Source: a virus (taxonomy: Duplodnaviria; Caudoviricetes). From it: a stretch of 54,787 bases of DNA. Each line of letters opens with the position of its first letter. The stretch's first letter is position 1. Both the position numbers and the translations under genes were made by a program. Location of the stretch: the IMG/VR virus record IMGVR_UViG_3300037233_000021, positions 1-54,787 of that record; one strand, written 5' to 3'. Shown here one piece after another: positions 24,174 through 33,821 of this stretch. A model generated the notes under the pieces. That model did no database searches and had not been told where the DNA came from. It was given only the letters and a program-made list of their open reading frames with translations.

Positions 24174-24622
24174 AGCCTTGAAGGATCGGTAACGATTGCG
24201 AGGACGTCGGTCTCTTTGATTGTCTTGAGCACGTCAAGCTGGGCAACCCCGTCCCCGTCTACGACCACGTCGTTCAGGGCATGCTCGGAGCCGCAGTGCT
24301 TAGGATACGTGACCCACTGGCCGACTTCTAACTGATCAGGATCTTCGGCAAACCTAAGCCCTGATGTGGTGATAGCCTTACCCACAAGTCCACCGAGAGC
24401 CAGGATCTGGCCGACGTCATTGAAGACGGACTGAGCTTGCTGGTCCGCTTGAGTGAGTGCAATACTTCCGATCTTTGTACGCGGGCGATGTGGTCTAACC
24501 AGTACGAACCACTTGATTGGTCGTAGGGCGAGCGGTAGGTCACCAAGCGTCTGCGCCAATGCCTGCGCCGGTTCGTTTTCTGGCAGCAATTCTGTCGTCA
24601 ATAGGCTCATCATCTTCTCCAC
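24149..24622 (-). CDS. GroES-like co-chaperonin
   Basis: P..WFVLVRP..GSIAL..GQILALG..VGQWV..ETDVLAIV pattern; typical position. Confidence 0.75.
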   Translation of the reverse strand: MEKMMSLLTTELLPENEPAQALAQTLGDLPLALRPIKWFVLVRPHRPRTKIGSIALTQADQQAQSVFNDVGQILALGGLVGKAITTSGLRFAEDPDQLEVGQWVTYPKHCGSEHALNDVVVDGDGVAQLDVLKTIKETDVLAIVTDPSRLWVWIAGN

Positions 24623-24788
24623 GGTTGCGCTTAAGTTCAGCTAGGAATGATTCGAGAGCTTCGATCTCGCGCCACCGGCCAAGCCAAGACGTGTACGACA
24701 ACATGTCTTCTAACCCTCCTGACCATGCGTTCACGCAGCGCGCACGCTGCTTGGAGATGTGTAGTGCCAGCTGCGCTTCTAAACTCAC
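24540..24788 (-). CDS. Small protein upstream of GroES
   Basis: GTGA overlap start; Y...LG....E pattern. Confidence 0.55.
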   Translation of the reverse strand: MSLEAQLALHISKQRARCVNAWSGGLEDMLSYTSWLGRWREIEALESFLAELKRNRGEDDEPIDDRIAARKRTGAGIGADAW

Positions 24789-25042
24789 GGACCACCTGTT
24801 GGTAATTCGCTTGCGGTCTTATCCCCGGCCTCATCCATCACACGGCTGTGGATGTCTGCTGTCTGGTTCTGTCCGCCAGCCATCTGGTTGCCCAGAAACT
24901 TCATCACACCACGGAACCCAAGGGAGGTTTCCTTGGCAGCACCGGCGAACGTCTTTGGACTGATGTCCTCTGTACGGATGCCGCGCTGACGCAGGTATGA
25001 GCGTGCTGCTCTAACCTCCGCTGGGAGTGGATGAGCCGCCAC
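24785..25042 (-). CDS. Hypothetical protein
   Basis: Coupled minus-strand ORF. Confidence 0.6.
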   Translation of the reverse strand: MAAHPLPAEVRAARSYLRQRGIRTEDISPKTFAGAAKETSLGFRGVMKFLGNQMAGGQNQTADIHSRVMDEAGDKTASELPTGGP

Positions 25043-25115
25043 TACCTGTTACCCTTAGCGGCGGCGTTTGCGTTCATCCTAAGTCTACGTGCTTCCTGTG
25101 ACGACATGGCAGACA

Positions 25116-27698
25116 TTATATCTGACTACCGGACTGCGCGGGGGAACCACCTAGAGGAGATGGTGGTGGACCCTGGGGAGTCGGCGCGAGCGCCTGACCG
25201 GTCGGGGGAGTGGCGGCAGGAGGATCTGACGGCAGCTGGATGTCATGGGCGTTCCTGATGTGTCCTTCGCGCATCAGCTTAGCGCGGAGGATGGCGTCCT
25301 CACGCTTGATCTTTGCCTTCGCTTCCGTGTTCTTGCGCTTCTCGTCGCCCTGGAACGCGAGCTGCTTCATGGCTTCTCCAGCCTGCGCCGACTTCGTAGC
25401 CTGATCTGTCTTGGCCTGTACAGCCTGCGCGTTGGCTGCATCCTCTTGCTGAGACTGCTGCTGTGGATTCTGCTGACCAGGAGGCGGAGGCTGCGGCGCT
25501 GGCGCGGGCAGCGAGTTGACCTTGATGGCAACCGCCGAAGCGATCATGTTCTGCAGGTCCGGCGAGATGGTCGTGCCGGTAGGATCATGCATGTCGAACG
25601 GCGGCAGCGGTATGCCCATCGTCTTCTCGACCTCTACCTTGTACTGGAACGCTAAATGCTCTGCGACGTGCGCAGCCATGATCATCTGGAACTGCTGCTG
25701 CAGCGGAAGCGGCAGAGCAGGCATGGTCTTCGTCATGAAGTCCTGATGTATCGCGATGTGTGCGGTGTGCAGCTGATCGTAGAACGCGCGCACCGGTGTG
25801 TTCGCCATGATCGCCATGTTCTCGCTGACAGGGTCCAGCTCAGTGTATGCGTCGCTCGACATGTAGGTATCCACGTCATGCACGCGCAGAGCCCGGAGCA
25901 TCTCGCGGTGAGCTTTGCGCTTGGCCTTCTCGGAGTACAGGCTCGGGTCTGACGTGATGAGTCCGAGTACGCTCTGTGCCTGCGCGATCCGCATCGTGCT
26001 CGACCAGATATTAGGATCACTGACAGGGCGTATTTCGTGAGTGATGGTGTTGTTGAAGTCGTCGCCGATCTTGAAGGCGTCGAACTGCTTCGACTTGATC
26101 GGGTACTTCTCGTCAGCCATGTACTCTGAATTCAGCGTGTAGAGGATGCCGAACTCTTCACCCGCACTCGTGTGCAGGCGCTTGTGGATAGCGGAGAACA
26201 CCTTACTGCCCTGCTCAATGATGGCGAGGGTTGTTCCCACCGGGCCAGTGTTCGGCGATTCGCCGGTCATAGCCTCAGTCGTCGATGAGAACGATTGAAT
26301 ACCCTCAACCAATAACTTCAGTGTACTGAACAACGCAGGCGTGGGCTCTTTGAACGGCGGAGTGTAGAAGCCCTTCGCTAGGTCTTCTGCTGATGCGTCA
26401 ACATCAACCCACTCGCCAGCCTTGTATCTAATCTCGCCCGCCTGCGACAGAGACTTAGTGCGGAAGCCTCCCTGAAGAGAGGACGTAAGTGATCCATCCA
26501 ATAGAAGCCGTAAAGCTCCGCCAGCCGCTGCCCCCAGTGAGCCGATGAGATGGAGTAATCCAAAGCCATAGAATCCAAAACCAGGGAGATATTTATAGTG
26601 GACGAACCAGATGCGCTTGCGGCGCTTCGCGTCATCGATCTTCCAGTTGCGGCGGATAGACAGGACTTCTCCTGACTCGCGCTCAAACACAATGATGTAC
26701 GGGTATGCGAATTCATTTTTCTTCTGCCCTGTCTTGTCGTAGAAACCAGTCGGCACCTTCGCCCACGGCGTAATGGTATCCTTCTGATCTATAGGTTGGG
26801 ACTCGTTGACGAAGTTGAAGTCGATATGCATCTCGCAAATTTCATAGGTGCTATCGTCTTCGTGACGCACAGCATTTCGCGTGTCAGAATGATCCAACAG
26901 CATGCGAGGATCGTCAGCGGACTGCGATGCATTGTACGGCTGCCTCCAGATGTTCTTGGGTTCAATGAATTCTCCATCAGCAATCGCTCGCTTCAGGTCG
27001 TTGCCGGTCATGTAGTAGCGGTGCGTGTAGCGGCTCGCGTCCTCAAGACTCATGGCGTCGTAAGGAACTATGAAGTCTTCGACCCGCAGGAAGCGCGCAA
27101 CGGGCATCTCTAGCTGGATGTCGTAGAAGCACTTCTTGAATGCTGACCCAGCGAACGGCAGATAGAACAGCATCTGGTCCACGTTCCAGAAGTACTGCTT
27201 ATCCAGCTTCGTCAGCTGGCGGTTCATGAAGGTCTCGATGCGATCCGCTTGGTCTTCCTGCTCCTCGTCCGAGTCATCTTCTGCGACGACCTTGACCGGA
27301 CCCTGCGGAGGGAATACTTCAGAGATGGACCGCGACTGGAACTGCACCATAGCCTCAGCGAGCGCCGGGTGCGTGACAGTAGAAGCTCCCTCGAACACAG
27401 TCTCGTCTGACGGGATGTCCTGAAGCCCTATGATTTCAAGCCCTTTCTTCAGGCGACGCATGTGATCGCGGCGCGACCCTTCATCCACCACCAAATACTC
27501 TTTCAGCTTGTCGCCGAGCAGGCGGCGATGATTCTCGTCCAGTGCGTCGGCAAGGTTGGCGTCATGCTTGCGCTGCGCCATCGACTCCTTCTTGAAGTCT
27601 GCGTCCTGGTCAGGCTCGCCAACCTCCACGCTGCCATCCTCATTGTGCTGGATGTCAGATGCTTCTTCTGTGGGTTGTTCTTGTGCTTCGAGCGCCAT
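25116..27698 (-). CDS. Portal protein
   Basis: GASTVTHPALAE, LPFAGSAFKK, FVHYKYLPGFGFYGFG, PVSDPN motifs; follows TerL. Confidence 0.92.
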   Translation of the reverse strand: MALEAQEQPTEEASDIQHNEDGSVEVGEPDQDADFKKESMAQRKHDANLADALDENHRRLLGDKLKEYLVVDEGSRRDHMRRLKKGLEIIGLQDIPSDETVFEGASTVTHPALAEAMVQFQSRSISEVFPPQGPVKVVAEDDSDEEQEDQADRIETFMNRQLTKLDKQYFWNVDQMLFYLPFAGSAFKKCFYDIQLEMPVARFLRVEDFIVPYDAMSLEDASRYTHRYYMTGNDLKRAIADGEFIEPKNIWRQPYNASQSADDPRMLLDHSDTRNAVRHEDDSTYEICEMHIDFNFVNESQPIDQKDTITPWAKVPTGFYDKTGQKKNEFAYPYIIVFERESGEVLSIRRNWKIDDAKRRKRIWFVHYKYLPGFGFYGFGLLHLIGSLGAAAGGALRLLLDGSLTSSLQGGFRTKSLSQAGEIRYKAGEWVDVDASAEDLAKGFYTPPFKEPTPALFSTLKLLVEGIQSFSSTTEAMTGESPNTGPVGTTLAIIEQGSKVFSAIHKRLHTSAGEEFGILYTLNSEYMADEKYPIKSKQFDAFKIGDDFNNTITHEIRPVSDPNIWSSTMRIAQAQSVLGLITSDPSLYSEKAKRKAHREMLRALRVHDVDTYMSSDAYTELDPVSENMAIMANTPVRAFYDQLHTAHIAIHQDFMTKTMPALPLPLQQQFQMIMAAHVAEHLAFQYKVEVEKTMGIPLPPFDMHDPTGTTISPDLQNMIASAVAIKVNSLPAPAPQPPPPGQQNPQQQSQQEDAANAQAVQAKTDQATKSAQAGEAMKQLAFQGDEKRKNTEAKAKIKREDAILRAKLMREGHIRNAHDIQLPSDPPAATPPTGQALAPTPQGPPPSPLGGSPAQSGSQI

Positions 27699-29317
27699 TA
27701 ACCTGTGCCTATGCCTTTTACTTGACGGGGCCTGAATAGCCTGATTGTTCCCGCTTCTTCCTCAAACTGTACGCCGTCGCGCTTACGAAGCCACATCAAA
27801 CCCATGAGCAAGCAATCGACCCAGTCGTCGTTCTTTCCTTTCGGAAAGTTCGCGCACTCGTCAATGACCGGCTTCGAGAACAGCTCCTGCGGCAGGTAGA
27901 ACAGGCAGCCCTTCTCCAAGGAGAGGCTGGCCGTGTGCGCCCGCGCGATCTTGTCCCCGTCCCCGTCGATCTTCACCGCCAGAACCGGGAGGTTTGCGCG
28001 ACGCAGTTCCTGGATCAACGAGTGGCCGCTGGCCTTCTTCTCGATCAGAATCCAGTCGGGATTTGCCTTATCATTCGAGACCTTAGCGAGCTTTCGTAGA
28101 ACCGGGAACGACACTTTGTCCTTCCAGGCACCCAGCAACATCGCACAATTTCGGGTCGGCTTCTTAATTGGTCTATCGACCATTCTACCATCTGGCAGAC
28201 GTACCTTGGACATTACCTCCGGCGTGTATCGGAAGATGCCGAGCGTCAGGCGAGCGCTGAAGTCATTCTCCTCCCCCTCCTCGAACGCCGTATCGTACAG
28301 CTGGATCTTCTCAAAGAACTCAGGCAGCTCGGCCTGAGCACCTGGGTTCGGAGCCCATGGCGGGTTGACCCACGCCTGCCAGTAATTGCGCTTGAGGATG
28401 TAGCCACCCTCCTTGGTCGGGTCTTGCTGGAACTGGGCGGAGTAGTCGGCCTCAGTCATGCCTTCCATGTACTCATCGGTGGCTTCTTGAGTCAGCCGGT
28501 GCGGGCTCAGCAGCTCGCCGTCATTCTTACGCGGGTCCATGTAGATCAGTCTGCCCTGGCTGCCGTCCTTCGTGGGGAGTCTGGTAGTGCAGCGCGTCAG
28601 CCGCTTGAACTGGTTCGGTAAACACAGGTGAACGTACTTCTTGCCTTCTGTGTCCAGCAGGTGACCAGTCAGATCCAGGGAGTGCGAGCGCTGTGCGATC
28701 AGCACCCGGCGTGTCTGAGATGGATTGTTGACGCGCGTGCGCAGCGGGCCGGTGTACCAACGGATTGCCTTCTCTCGGGTGACGTCGCTGTTGATGTCCT
28801 GAAGGTTGTGCGGATCGTCAACGATATGGTAGTCGCCGCCGAACCCAGTCAAGCGTCCAGCGACCGACACGGCCATGCGCTGACCACCGGCGTTGTTGAC
28901 GAACAGGTTCTTCTCGTTCTGGTCTAGCTTCAGGATGATGTCTGAGCCGAAGCGGGCACGATACCAGGGGCTCTGAATCAGATCTCGCATGCGCAGAGCG
29001 TCGCGAGTCGCGAGCCCTATTTCGTAGGAGCCGGTGAGGAACTTGATCTTTGGATTGTTGGCCCAGATCCAGCTCGGCCAGAGCACGGACACCAGCGTTG
29101 ACTTGAGGAAGCGCGGCGGGATGGATACGATGAGATTCTTGATGTCGCCCAGGTACGTGTAGACCAGATGGTCACACAGGGCATCGAGATATGGCTCCCA
29201 CTGCAGCTCTTCGTTCTCGATGACGTGCCATGCGTCTTTGGAGAACCTGCGGAGGTTCCTGCGGCACAGCTCCGCGCCCATCTCGGTGAACGTGATCTCC
29301 GGGGTCTTGAAGTCCAC
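27698..29317 (-). CDS. terL: Terminase large subunit
   Basis: IPPRFLKS Walker A variant, IVDDPH Walker B, YDTA and DDWVD nuclease motifs. Confidence 0.95.
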   Translation of the reverse strand: MDFKTPEITFTEMGAELCRRNLRRFSKDAWHVIENEELQWEPYLDALCDHLVYTYLGDIKNLIVSIPPRFLKSTLVSVLWPSWIWANNPKIKFLTGSYEIGLATRDALRMRDLIQSPWYRARFGSDIILKLDQNEKNLFVNNAGGQRMAVSVAGRLTGFGGDYHIVDDPHNLQDINSDVTREKAIRWYTGPLRTRVNNPSQTRRVLIAQRSHSLDLTGHLLDTEGKKYVHLCLPNQFKRLTRCTTRLPTKDGSQGRLIYMDPRKNDGELLSPHRLTQEATDEYMEGMTEADYSAQFQQDPTKEGGYILKRNYWQAWVNPPWAPNPGAQAELPEFFEKIQLYDTAFEEGEENDFSARLTLGIFRYTPEVMSKVRLPDGRMVDRPIKKPTRNCAMLLGAWKDKVSFPVLRKLAKVSNDKANPDWILIEKKASGHSLIQELRRANLPVLAVKIDGDGDKIARAHTASLSLEKGCLFYLPQELFSKPVIDECANFPKGKNDDWVDCLLMGLMWLRKRDGVQFEEEAGTIRLFRPRQVKGIGTG

Positions 29318-29320
29318 GGG

Positions 29321-29749
29321 TTACGTAGGGTCTTGGTCGTCAGCTATTCCGGTGGCTCCCTGTAATCCCTGGGCATTACCGGCTGAGCCGAGCTGCTTGT
29401 TTACCTTCGACTTCTGTGTGCTGAGAGCCGCCGCCGCGCGCGCGAGCTTGGGTCCGCCGAGTGCCGGTCCTTGGTTCGAGACGCTGGGCATGGGGGCCTT
29501 GAACGCCCCAGGGCGGGCAGACTTCACTGTGGGGGTGATCTTCTTACCAGACAGGATAGGATTGGCTGGGACGCCCAGACCCTGGAGGGCCGGTGCCTTG
29601 GGCATGCTGCCAGGAGCGAAGCCCTTGGGGGCCTTCGGAGGCTGCTTGGGGGCACCCATGACGAACTGGTTCAGGCTCTTGCGCGGCCCCTTACTGGGTC
29701 CGCCAGGGGCGACCGGCATGTTCATTGATTTTCTGGCACGAGACTGCAT
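29321..29749 (-). CDS. Basic Pro/Lys/Ala-rich protein
   Basis: Low-complexity ORF directly upstream of terL. Confidence 0.6.
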   Translation of the reverse strand: MQSRARKSMNMPVAPGGPSKGPRKSLNQFVMGAPKQPPKAPKGFAPGSMPKAPALQGLGVPANPILSGKKITPTVKSARPGAFKAPMPSVSNQGPALGGPKLARAAAALSTQKSKVNKQLGSAGNAQGLQGATGIADDQDPT

Positions 29750-29752
29750 ACA

Positions 29753-30172
29753 TCACCACCTATTGCTTTTTGCTGCATTCTGCATGGGAGTCAAGTACTG
29801 TAAGTTCCACGACACATGTAGACCTGATACCATCTTTCCCTGCATCGGTACAATATGGTCTACCTCGAAACCAGAGGGACACCCCTCGTAAAACAACCGA
29901 GTCACCCAACCTATAGCAAACGCGGGAGTTCGCTGCATCTTTGCTGCCGTCCTATTTGCGGAATACTCGCGCAACCGCTGTGGGTTGTTCAGTCTCCAGC
30001 GCCGAATACCAGCAAGCTCGCGCGGTGTTGGCCCCGGCCTACGCTCAGATCCATATTTTAACGCACACGGCCTACAAGAGCCCAGCTTATCCCCTTTCGG
30101 CTTACGAGGATACCGATCCCAGCTTCCGCATTTAACGCACTGTTTTGTCCAAAACTTTCTTGCGCCGATAAG
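29753..30172 (-). CDS. HNH endonuclease (start uncertain; frame open to 30172 with a CxxC..CxxC finger)
   Basis: [23 protein letters not shown] motif. Confidence 0.7.
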   Translation of the reverse strand, partial: LIGARKFWTKQCVKCGSWDRYPRKPKGDKLGSCRPCALKYGSERRPGPTPRELAGIRRWRLNNPQRLREYSANRTAAKMQRTPAFAIGWVTRLFYEGCPSGFEVDHIVPMQGKMVSGLHVSWNLQYLTPMQNAAKSNRW

Positions 30173-30275
30173 TCACCTTTGGTGCAGCCTTACTAAGAGC
30201 CGCCCCCTTGGCAGGAATCACTTCCTGAAATGCGGGCTGCTTGATCGGACGGGGCTGCTTCGGCTGGTTTGCCAT
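30132..30275 (-). CDS. 47-aa basic peptide, possibly leaderless
   Basis: [16 protein letters not shown]..; TGTTATAAT 5 nt upstream of the ATG. Confidence 0.5.
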   Translation of the reverse strand: MANQPKQPRPIKQPAFQEVIPAKGAALSKAAPKVTYRRKKVLDKTVR

Positions 30276-30408
30276 TCACTATTATAACATCGAAGTACCT
30301 GAGCGCATTCAGTATACCGTCCGGCGCTCTACCGCAGCACTCGCACAAGTCTGGACGTGGGCGCGTTGGCTCTGGCGCTCCACGACTCTTGTGCAGAGCA
30401 CGAACCAT
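30193..30408 (-). pseudogene. Endonuclease VII-like remnant lacking the catalytic core
   Basis: PEPTRPRPDLCECCG joined directly to DGILNALRY; no DH..RG.LC..CN. Confidence 0.5.
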
Positions 30409-30415
30409 GCAGTCG

Positions 30416-30994
30416 TTAAACCTTTGAGGGTTCGACTGAGCCTATCGCTTGTTCTGTTGGGCTATCCGGCGCGGGTGTCGCTTTCCGTATGCGCGCCGTC
30501 TTGCGTTGTGCTGAAGCCGTTGTGTTTCGCTTTGCATTGAGTTTCATCGTATGAATGGGCGGTGCGCTGTACGGGTCAATCAGACATGATACCTCAACTG
30601 CCTTGGCTGCACCAGCCCCCATATACATCGCGCCCATCGCCGCCTTCGCGCCGGACCCTATAGCGTAGAACTCGTTGAGAACCTTCTCCCCCCTGCACCA
30701 TTTGTCCCACTCATAGAGTCCGTCAGCCTGCAACACCAGAACGGAAAAGTCAGCATCGCCGTGGATCAGATTATCTGGCGGGTCTTTACCGGAGCCAAGC
30801 CAATCAACGAAGACTAGCCCGCTGAACGTCTCTCCTGCAGTAGCCAAGATTACTTCTTGCTGAACCCCGTTGACCAGGATGGACTTCCGAAACAGCTTCT
30901 CGCAGATGAACACTCGCGCACCACCGGCATCGGTGTGTGTTGTGGTGCGGCTGTCCGCAGCTAGGATACCTGCCCGGTACGCAATAGTTGTCAT
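30416..30994 (-). CDS. Ntn-hydrolase, HslV/proteasome beta-like peptidase
   Basis: N-terminal TTIAY..LAADS, conserved K, AIGSG..A.GA..G, D..S motifs. Confidence 0.85.
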   Translation of the reverse strand: MTTIAYRAGILAADSRTTTHTDAGGARVFICEKLFRKSILVNGVQQEVILATAGETFSGLVFVDWLGSGKDPPDNLIHGDADFSVLVLQADGLYEWDKWCRGEKVLNEFYAIGSGAKAAMGAMYMGAGAAKAVEVSCLIDPYSAPPIHTMKLNAKRNTTASAQRKTARIRKATPAPDSPTEQAIGSVEPSKV

Positions 30995-31530
30995 GCGCGC
31001 AGCTCGTTGTAGCGCTGCAGGAAGATGTCCACAATCTGGTTCTCGTTCATCACTGGGAAGATTTGCGGGATGTAGATGTCGCGGTCGAACGGAATGAACC
31101 GCGTGATGTTCGGGTGCATGAGGTCGCGCGCCTCTGCGATCAACGCAAGGTGATCAGCTTCCTTGACATACTCCCACTCTGAGGCGGTGCAGGTCACACC
31201 GTGCGAGCGCCAGATGACCTGACGAATCTTGTCGCCAGCCTCGATGACTGCCGGTGCCAAATGCTTGGCCGGTGTCGGGATGTCACCGAACACGGCTTCC
31301 TCGATGTCGTGCATCAGTGCCGGGAGAGCGAGCCTGTACGGTACATTGAGACTGACCCACACGCTGTGCTCAGCGACTGAGTACGTGACCCCCTTCTTCG
31401 TGTGACCGGCGAACCGATTCACTCGCGCCAGTGACAGCGCAAGCTCCTCGATCCCAACCTCGTCTGCCGTATCGAACGAGTTGAGGTCTACCGTGACCCC
31501 GTTGCTGAACGTCATGAACTTAGGTGTCAT
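30991..31530 (-). CDS. HD-domain 5'-deoxynucleotidase (YfbR-like)
   Basis: RFAGH..YSVAEHS..LMHDIEE..GDIPTP..ADH. Confidence 0.88.
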   Translation of the reverse strand: MTPKFMTFSNGVTVDLNSFDTADEVGIEELALSLARVNRFAGHTKKGVTYSVAEHSVWVSLNVPYRLALPALMHDIEEAVFGDIPTPAKHLAPAVIEAGDKIRQVIWRSHGVTCTASEWEYVKEADHLALIAEARDLMHPNITRFIPFDRDIYIPQIFPVMNENQIVDIFLQRYNELRA

Positions 31531-31590
31531 TGCACTCTTCCTGGTGTAGGGGAAAGGATTCGCTCTGCGATATTCATCTCACCCTGCGCC

Positions 31591-32055
31591 TCACACTGGT
31601 AGCAAGGCGTAGCCTTTATTGAGTTCGCCGAGGGAATGCCGAACGTCGGCGATAGACTGCAGGAACGCCTCTTCAGGAGACAAGGCTGAATCAAGCTCCG
31701 CCTCAATCTCCCGGCGCACCGCGTCCTCGCGTAACTCAGAGATGATCTCTTCGCGCTCCTCTTGCTCGATGTCGAGCTGGAGCTGCGCCGACAGCCGCCA
31801 GATGGCTTTGGCAAGGTGCCACTGACCGTCAGTGTCCTTCTTAATGCCCATGCCATAATCGAACTGGTGACGCCACGCGGTGTTCATCTGGTCGGTAGAT
31901 TTCTCGCGCGCCCAGTGCAGCTGCTCTCCGGGGTTGTGCTGGTTGTTGCCAACCACCGCGACATTACACACCGCCAGCCACGCCTTGACGAAGTAGCCGA
32001 ACATGAACGTGTAGAGCGGGATGGCCTTACGATCTTTGTCTGTGGTCGGAAGCAT
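31591..32055 (-). CDS. DUF5664-type dATP/dGTP diphosphohydrolase domain protein
   Basis: RKAIP..YF..GNNQHNPGEQLHW..RH..DTDG.WHLAK..WR. Confidence 0.8.
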   Translation of the reverse strand: MLPTTDKDRKAIPLYTFMFGYFVKAWLAVCNVAVVGNNQHNPGEQLHWAREKSTDQMNTAWRHQFDYGMGIKKDTDGQWHLAKAIWRLSAQLQLDIEQEEREEIISELREDAVRREIEAELDSALSPEEAFLQSIADVRHSLGELNKGYALLPV

Positions 32056-32879
32056 TACTCTTGCTCTATATTGAAGTGCTCGTACATCTTGTGCTTGCCG
32101 GTGAACTGTCCGACGATGCGACCCTTGGTGATCCACACGTTATGGATCTGCTCGAAGTCAGGCTTGTCACCGAGTTCAAACTTATGCACGTTTCCTGTGC
32201 AGAAGTCACCCATGAAAGTAGCCTCGTCGTGTCCAAAGATCACGCTGAACAAGTCAGGAGGAGAGAAGAACTCAACGTCATGCTTTGTAAGGCATGGGTG
32301 CGTGTGGTAGTTGGCAACGAAGTCGACACCACGCGGAACCGTGTGCGGCATGGACGTGTTGTCTCCAGCATACTCGGTGGACGGAGGAAAATAAACATAC
32401 TTGCCGCTTGGAAGCCTGCCAATCGCTCCGCCCCACTCGTACACGTCGCCGTACTCAGTGTCAATATTCTTGAGCGCTGCGATTGCAGCCTCGTCTGCCG
32501 TATCGAACGGAATGACCTTAGCCTCTTGAGGAATCGACATCACGTCCATCTTGACGAGCGAAGGAGCGACAGCGACCGGCTGCGCGATGCCGCCGTATAC
32601 CGTGGCGTCTCCGAAGCACAGGCTCATACCGATGTGCGCGTGTTCGCCAATTTGCTGACTGGCAGTTGCCGCCAATGCAATCGTGGCCTCTGTGCAGGAG
32701 TCCTTATCAGGAAAGCCGTTGACAAACCATTTCACAACTTCGCCGTTCGAGTCATCGAACGCAGCGGTGAGTAGCATCACGCGCGTATGTAGCGGGTCGG
32801 CCTTATCTTCTGCGTGAGCACCTGCTGAAAGCGCGATGCCAAGAGCTAAGGCTACAAGGTACGTGATCCAATTTTTCAT
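32055..32879 (-). CDS. Secreted protein with JAB/MPN-like (DUF4329-like) domain
   Basis: Signal peptide (..AGAHA); EWGG..YHTHP..FS..D. Confidence 0.75.
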   Translation of the reverse strand: MKNWITYLVALALGIALSAGAHAEDKADPLHTRVMLLTAAFDDSNGEVVKWFVNGFPDKDSCTEATIALAATASQQIGEHAHIGMSLCFGDATVYGGIAQPVAVAPSLVKMDVMSIPQEAKVIPFDTADEAAIAALKNIDTEYGDVYEWGGAIGRLPSGKYVYFPPSTEYAGDNTSMPHTVPRGVDFVANYHTHPCLTKHDVEFFSPPDLFSVIFGHDEATFMGDFCTGNVHKFELGDKPDFEQIHNVWITKGRIVGQFTGKHKMYEHFNIEQE

Positions 32880-32903
32880 TTGCTTCTCCGTAAGGTAAGG
32901 GGG

Positions 32904-32912
32904 AGTATATCA
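32904..32912 (-). promoter_or_regulatory. Extended -10 promoter
   Basis: TGATATACT upstream of 32879. Confidence 0.45.
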
Positions 32913-33821
32913 GGTCTTGCGGCGCTTGGAGGTTAAATGTCCGTACCGGCGCTTCAAGTAACTCAGAGAGACCGTCATCAGGTCAAAATAGCCCTCGTGC
33001 ACCTCGTGGAACACCAGGATGCCGCGCCAGTGCGTGTTGCCCTGTGGGCTCAGGTACTTCTCGAAATGAGGGTACGCGCTGCCCGCGATGATGCCCCACT
33101 GCAGGACCCCACCGAGCGGCATACAGGCGATGTCCAGCCCCTGCTGGTGCCCGCTCACCGCGCTGCGGCCCTCGCGGATCAGCTGCGCGCGAGCATTCGG
33201 TGCGCCGCGCTTGGTCTGCCCGACCGTGCCGGACGCCGACCGTGGGAAGTAGTGACAGTACGCGACCCCGTCGATCACCACCGGCTGTAGGAACGGGTAG
33301 ACCTCGAAACCGAACTGCTCGTAGTTCAGATCCTTGATGGAGAGTGCGCCCTCCAGCTTGGCGTCGGACTCGACAGCTCGATCTATGCGGTCCTCGTGAT
33401 TGCCGAGCGTCAGCACTTTACGGGTTGACTGCGGCACGTACTGCATCAGGCGCTCCATAGCGAGATTGGAGGTCGCGATATCAGCCATGTACCTCTTGCC
33501 TTCGTGTGCCTTTTTGCCAACGTCGTAGGAGCTGAGAGAGTTCATGTCCGCGAAGTCCCCGATTTGCACCAGGACGTCTGGCTTTCTGTCCGCGATATAG
33601 TGACTAACCCAGGTCAAAAAGTCGGTAGAGACCCCTGGGCGGATCTGACAGTCAGGCACCATGATGTGGCTGACAGTGGTTTTTTTGGCACCAGACTCGG
33701 TCTTGACCTGACGGATAAGTCTACGAGCACTCCCTCCGTCTATCCCCAGCGCGCGACCGATCTCCTCGCCGGACTTCCCTTTGGCTACCAGCTTCTCTAT
33801 CCTGTCGCGTCGCTTGGTCAT
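32910..33821 (-). CDS. Calcineurin-like metallophosphoesterase with N-terminal HTH
   Basis: PDCQ, GDFAD, GNHE, GHQQ motifs; GKSGEEIGRALGI HTH. Confidence 0.88.
   Translation of the reverse strand: MTKRRDRIEKLVAKGKSGEEIGRALGIDGGSARRLIRQVKTESGAKKTTVSHIMVPDCQIRPGVSTDFLTWVSHYIADRKPDVLVQIGDFADMNSLSSYDVGKKAHEGKRYMADIATSNLAMERLMQYVPQSTRKVLTLGNHEDRIDRAVESDAKLEGALSIKDLNYEQFGFEVYPFLQPVVIDGVAYCHYFPRSASGTVGQTKRGAPNARAQLIREGRSAVSGHQQGLDIACMPLGGVLQWGIIAGSAYPHFEKYLSPQGNTHWRGILVFHEVHEGYFDLMTVSLSYLKRRYGHLTSKRRKT

Noticed and set aside
30991-32055. Z-genome (2-aminoadenine) pathway
   Set aside because: HD and DUF5664-type genes are present, but no PurZ or phage polymerase is in the window, and both genes are common in unmodified phages
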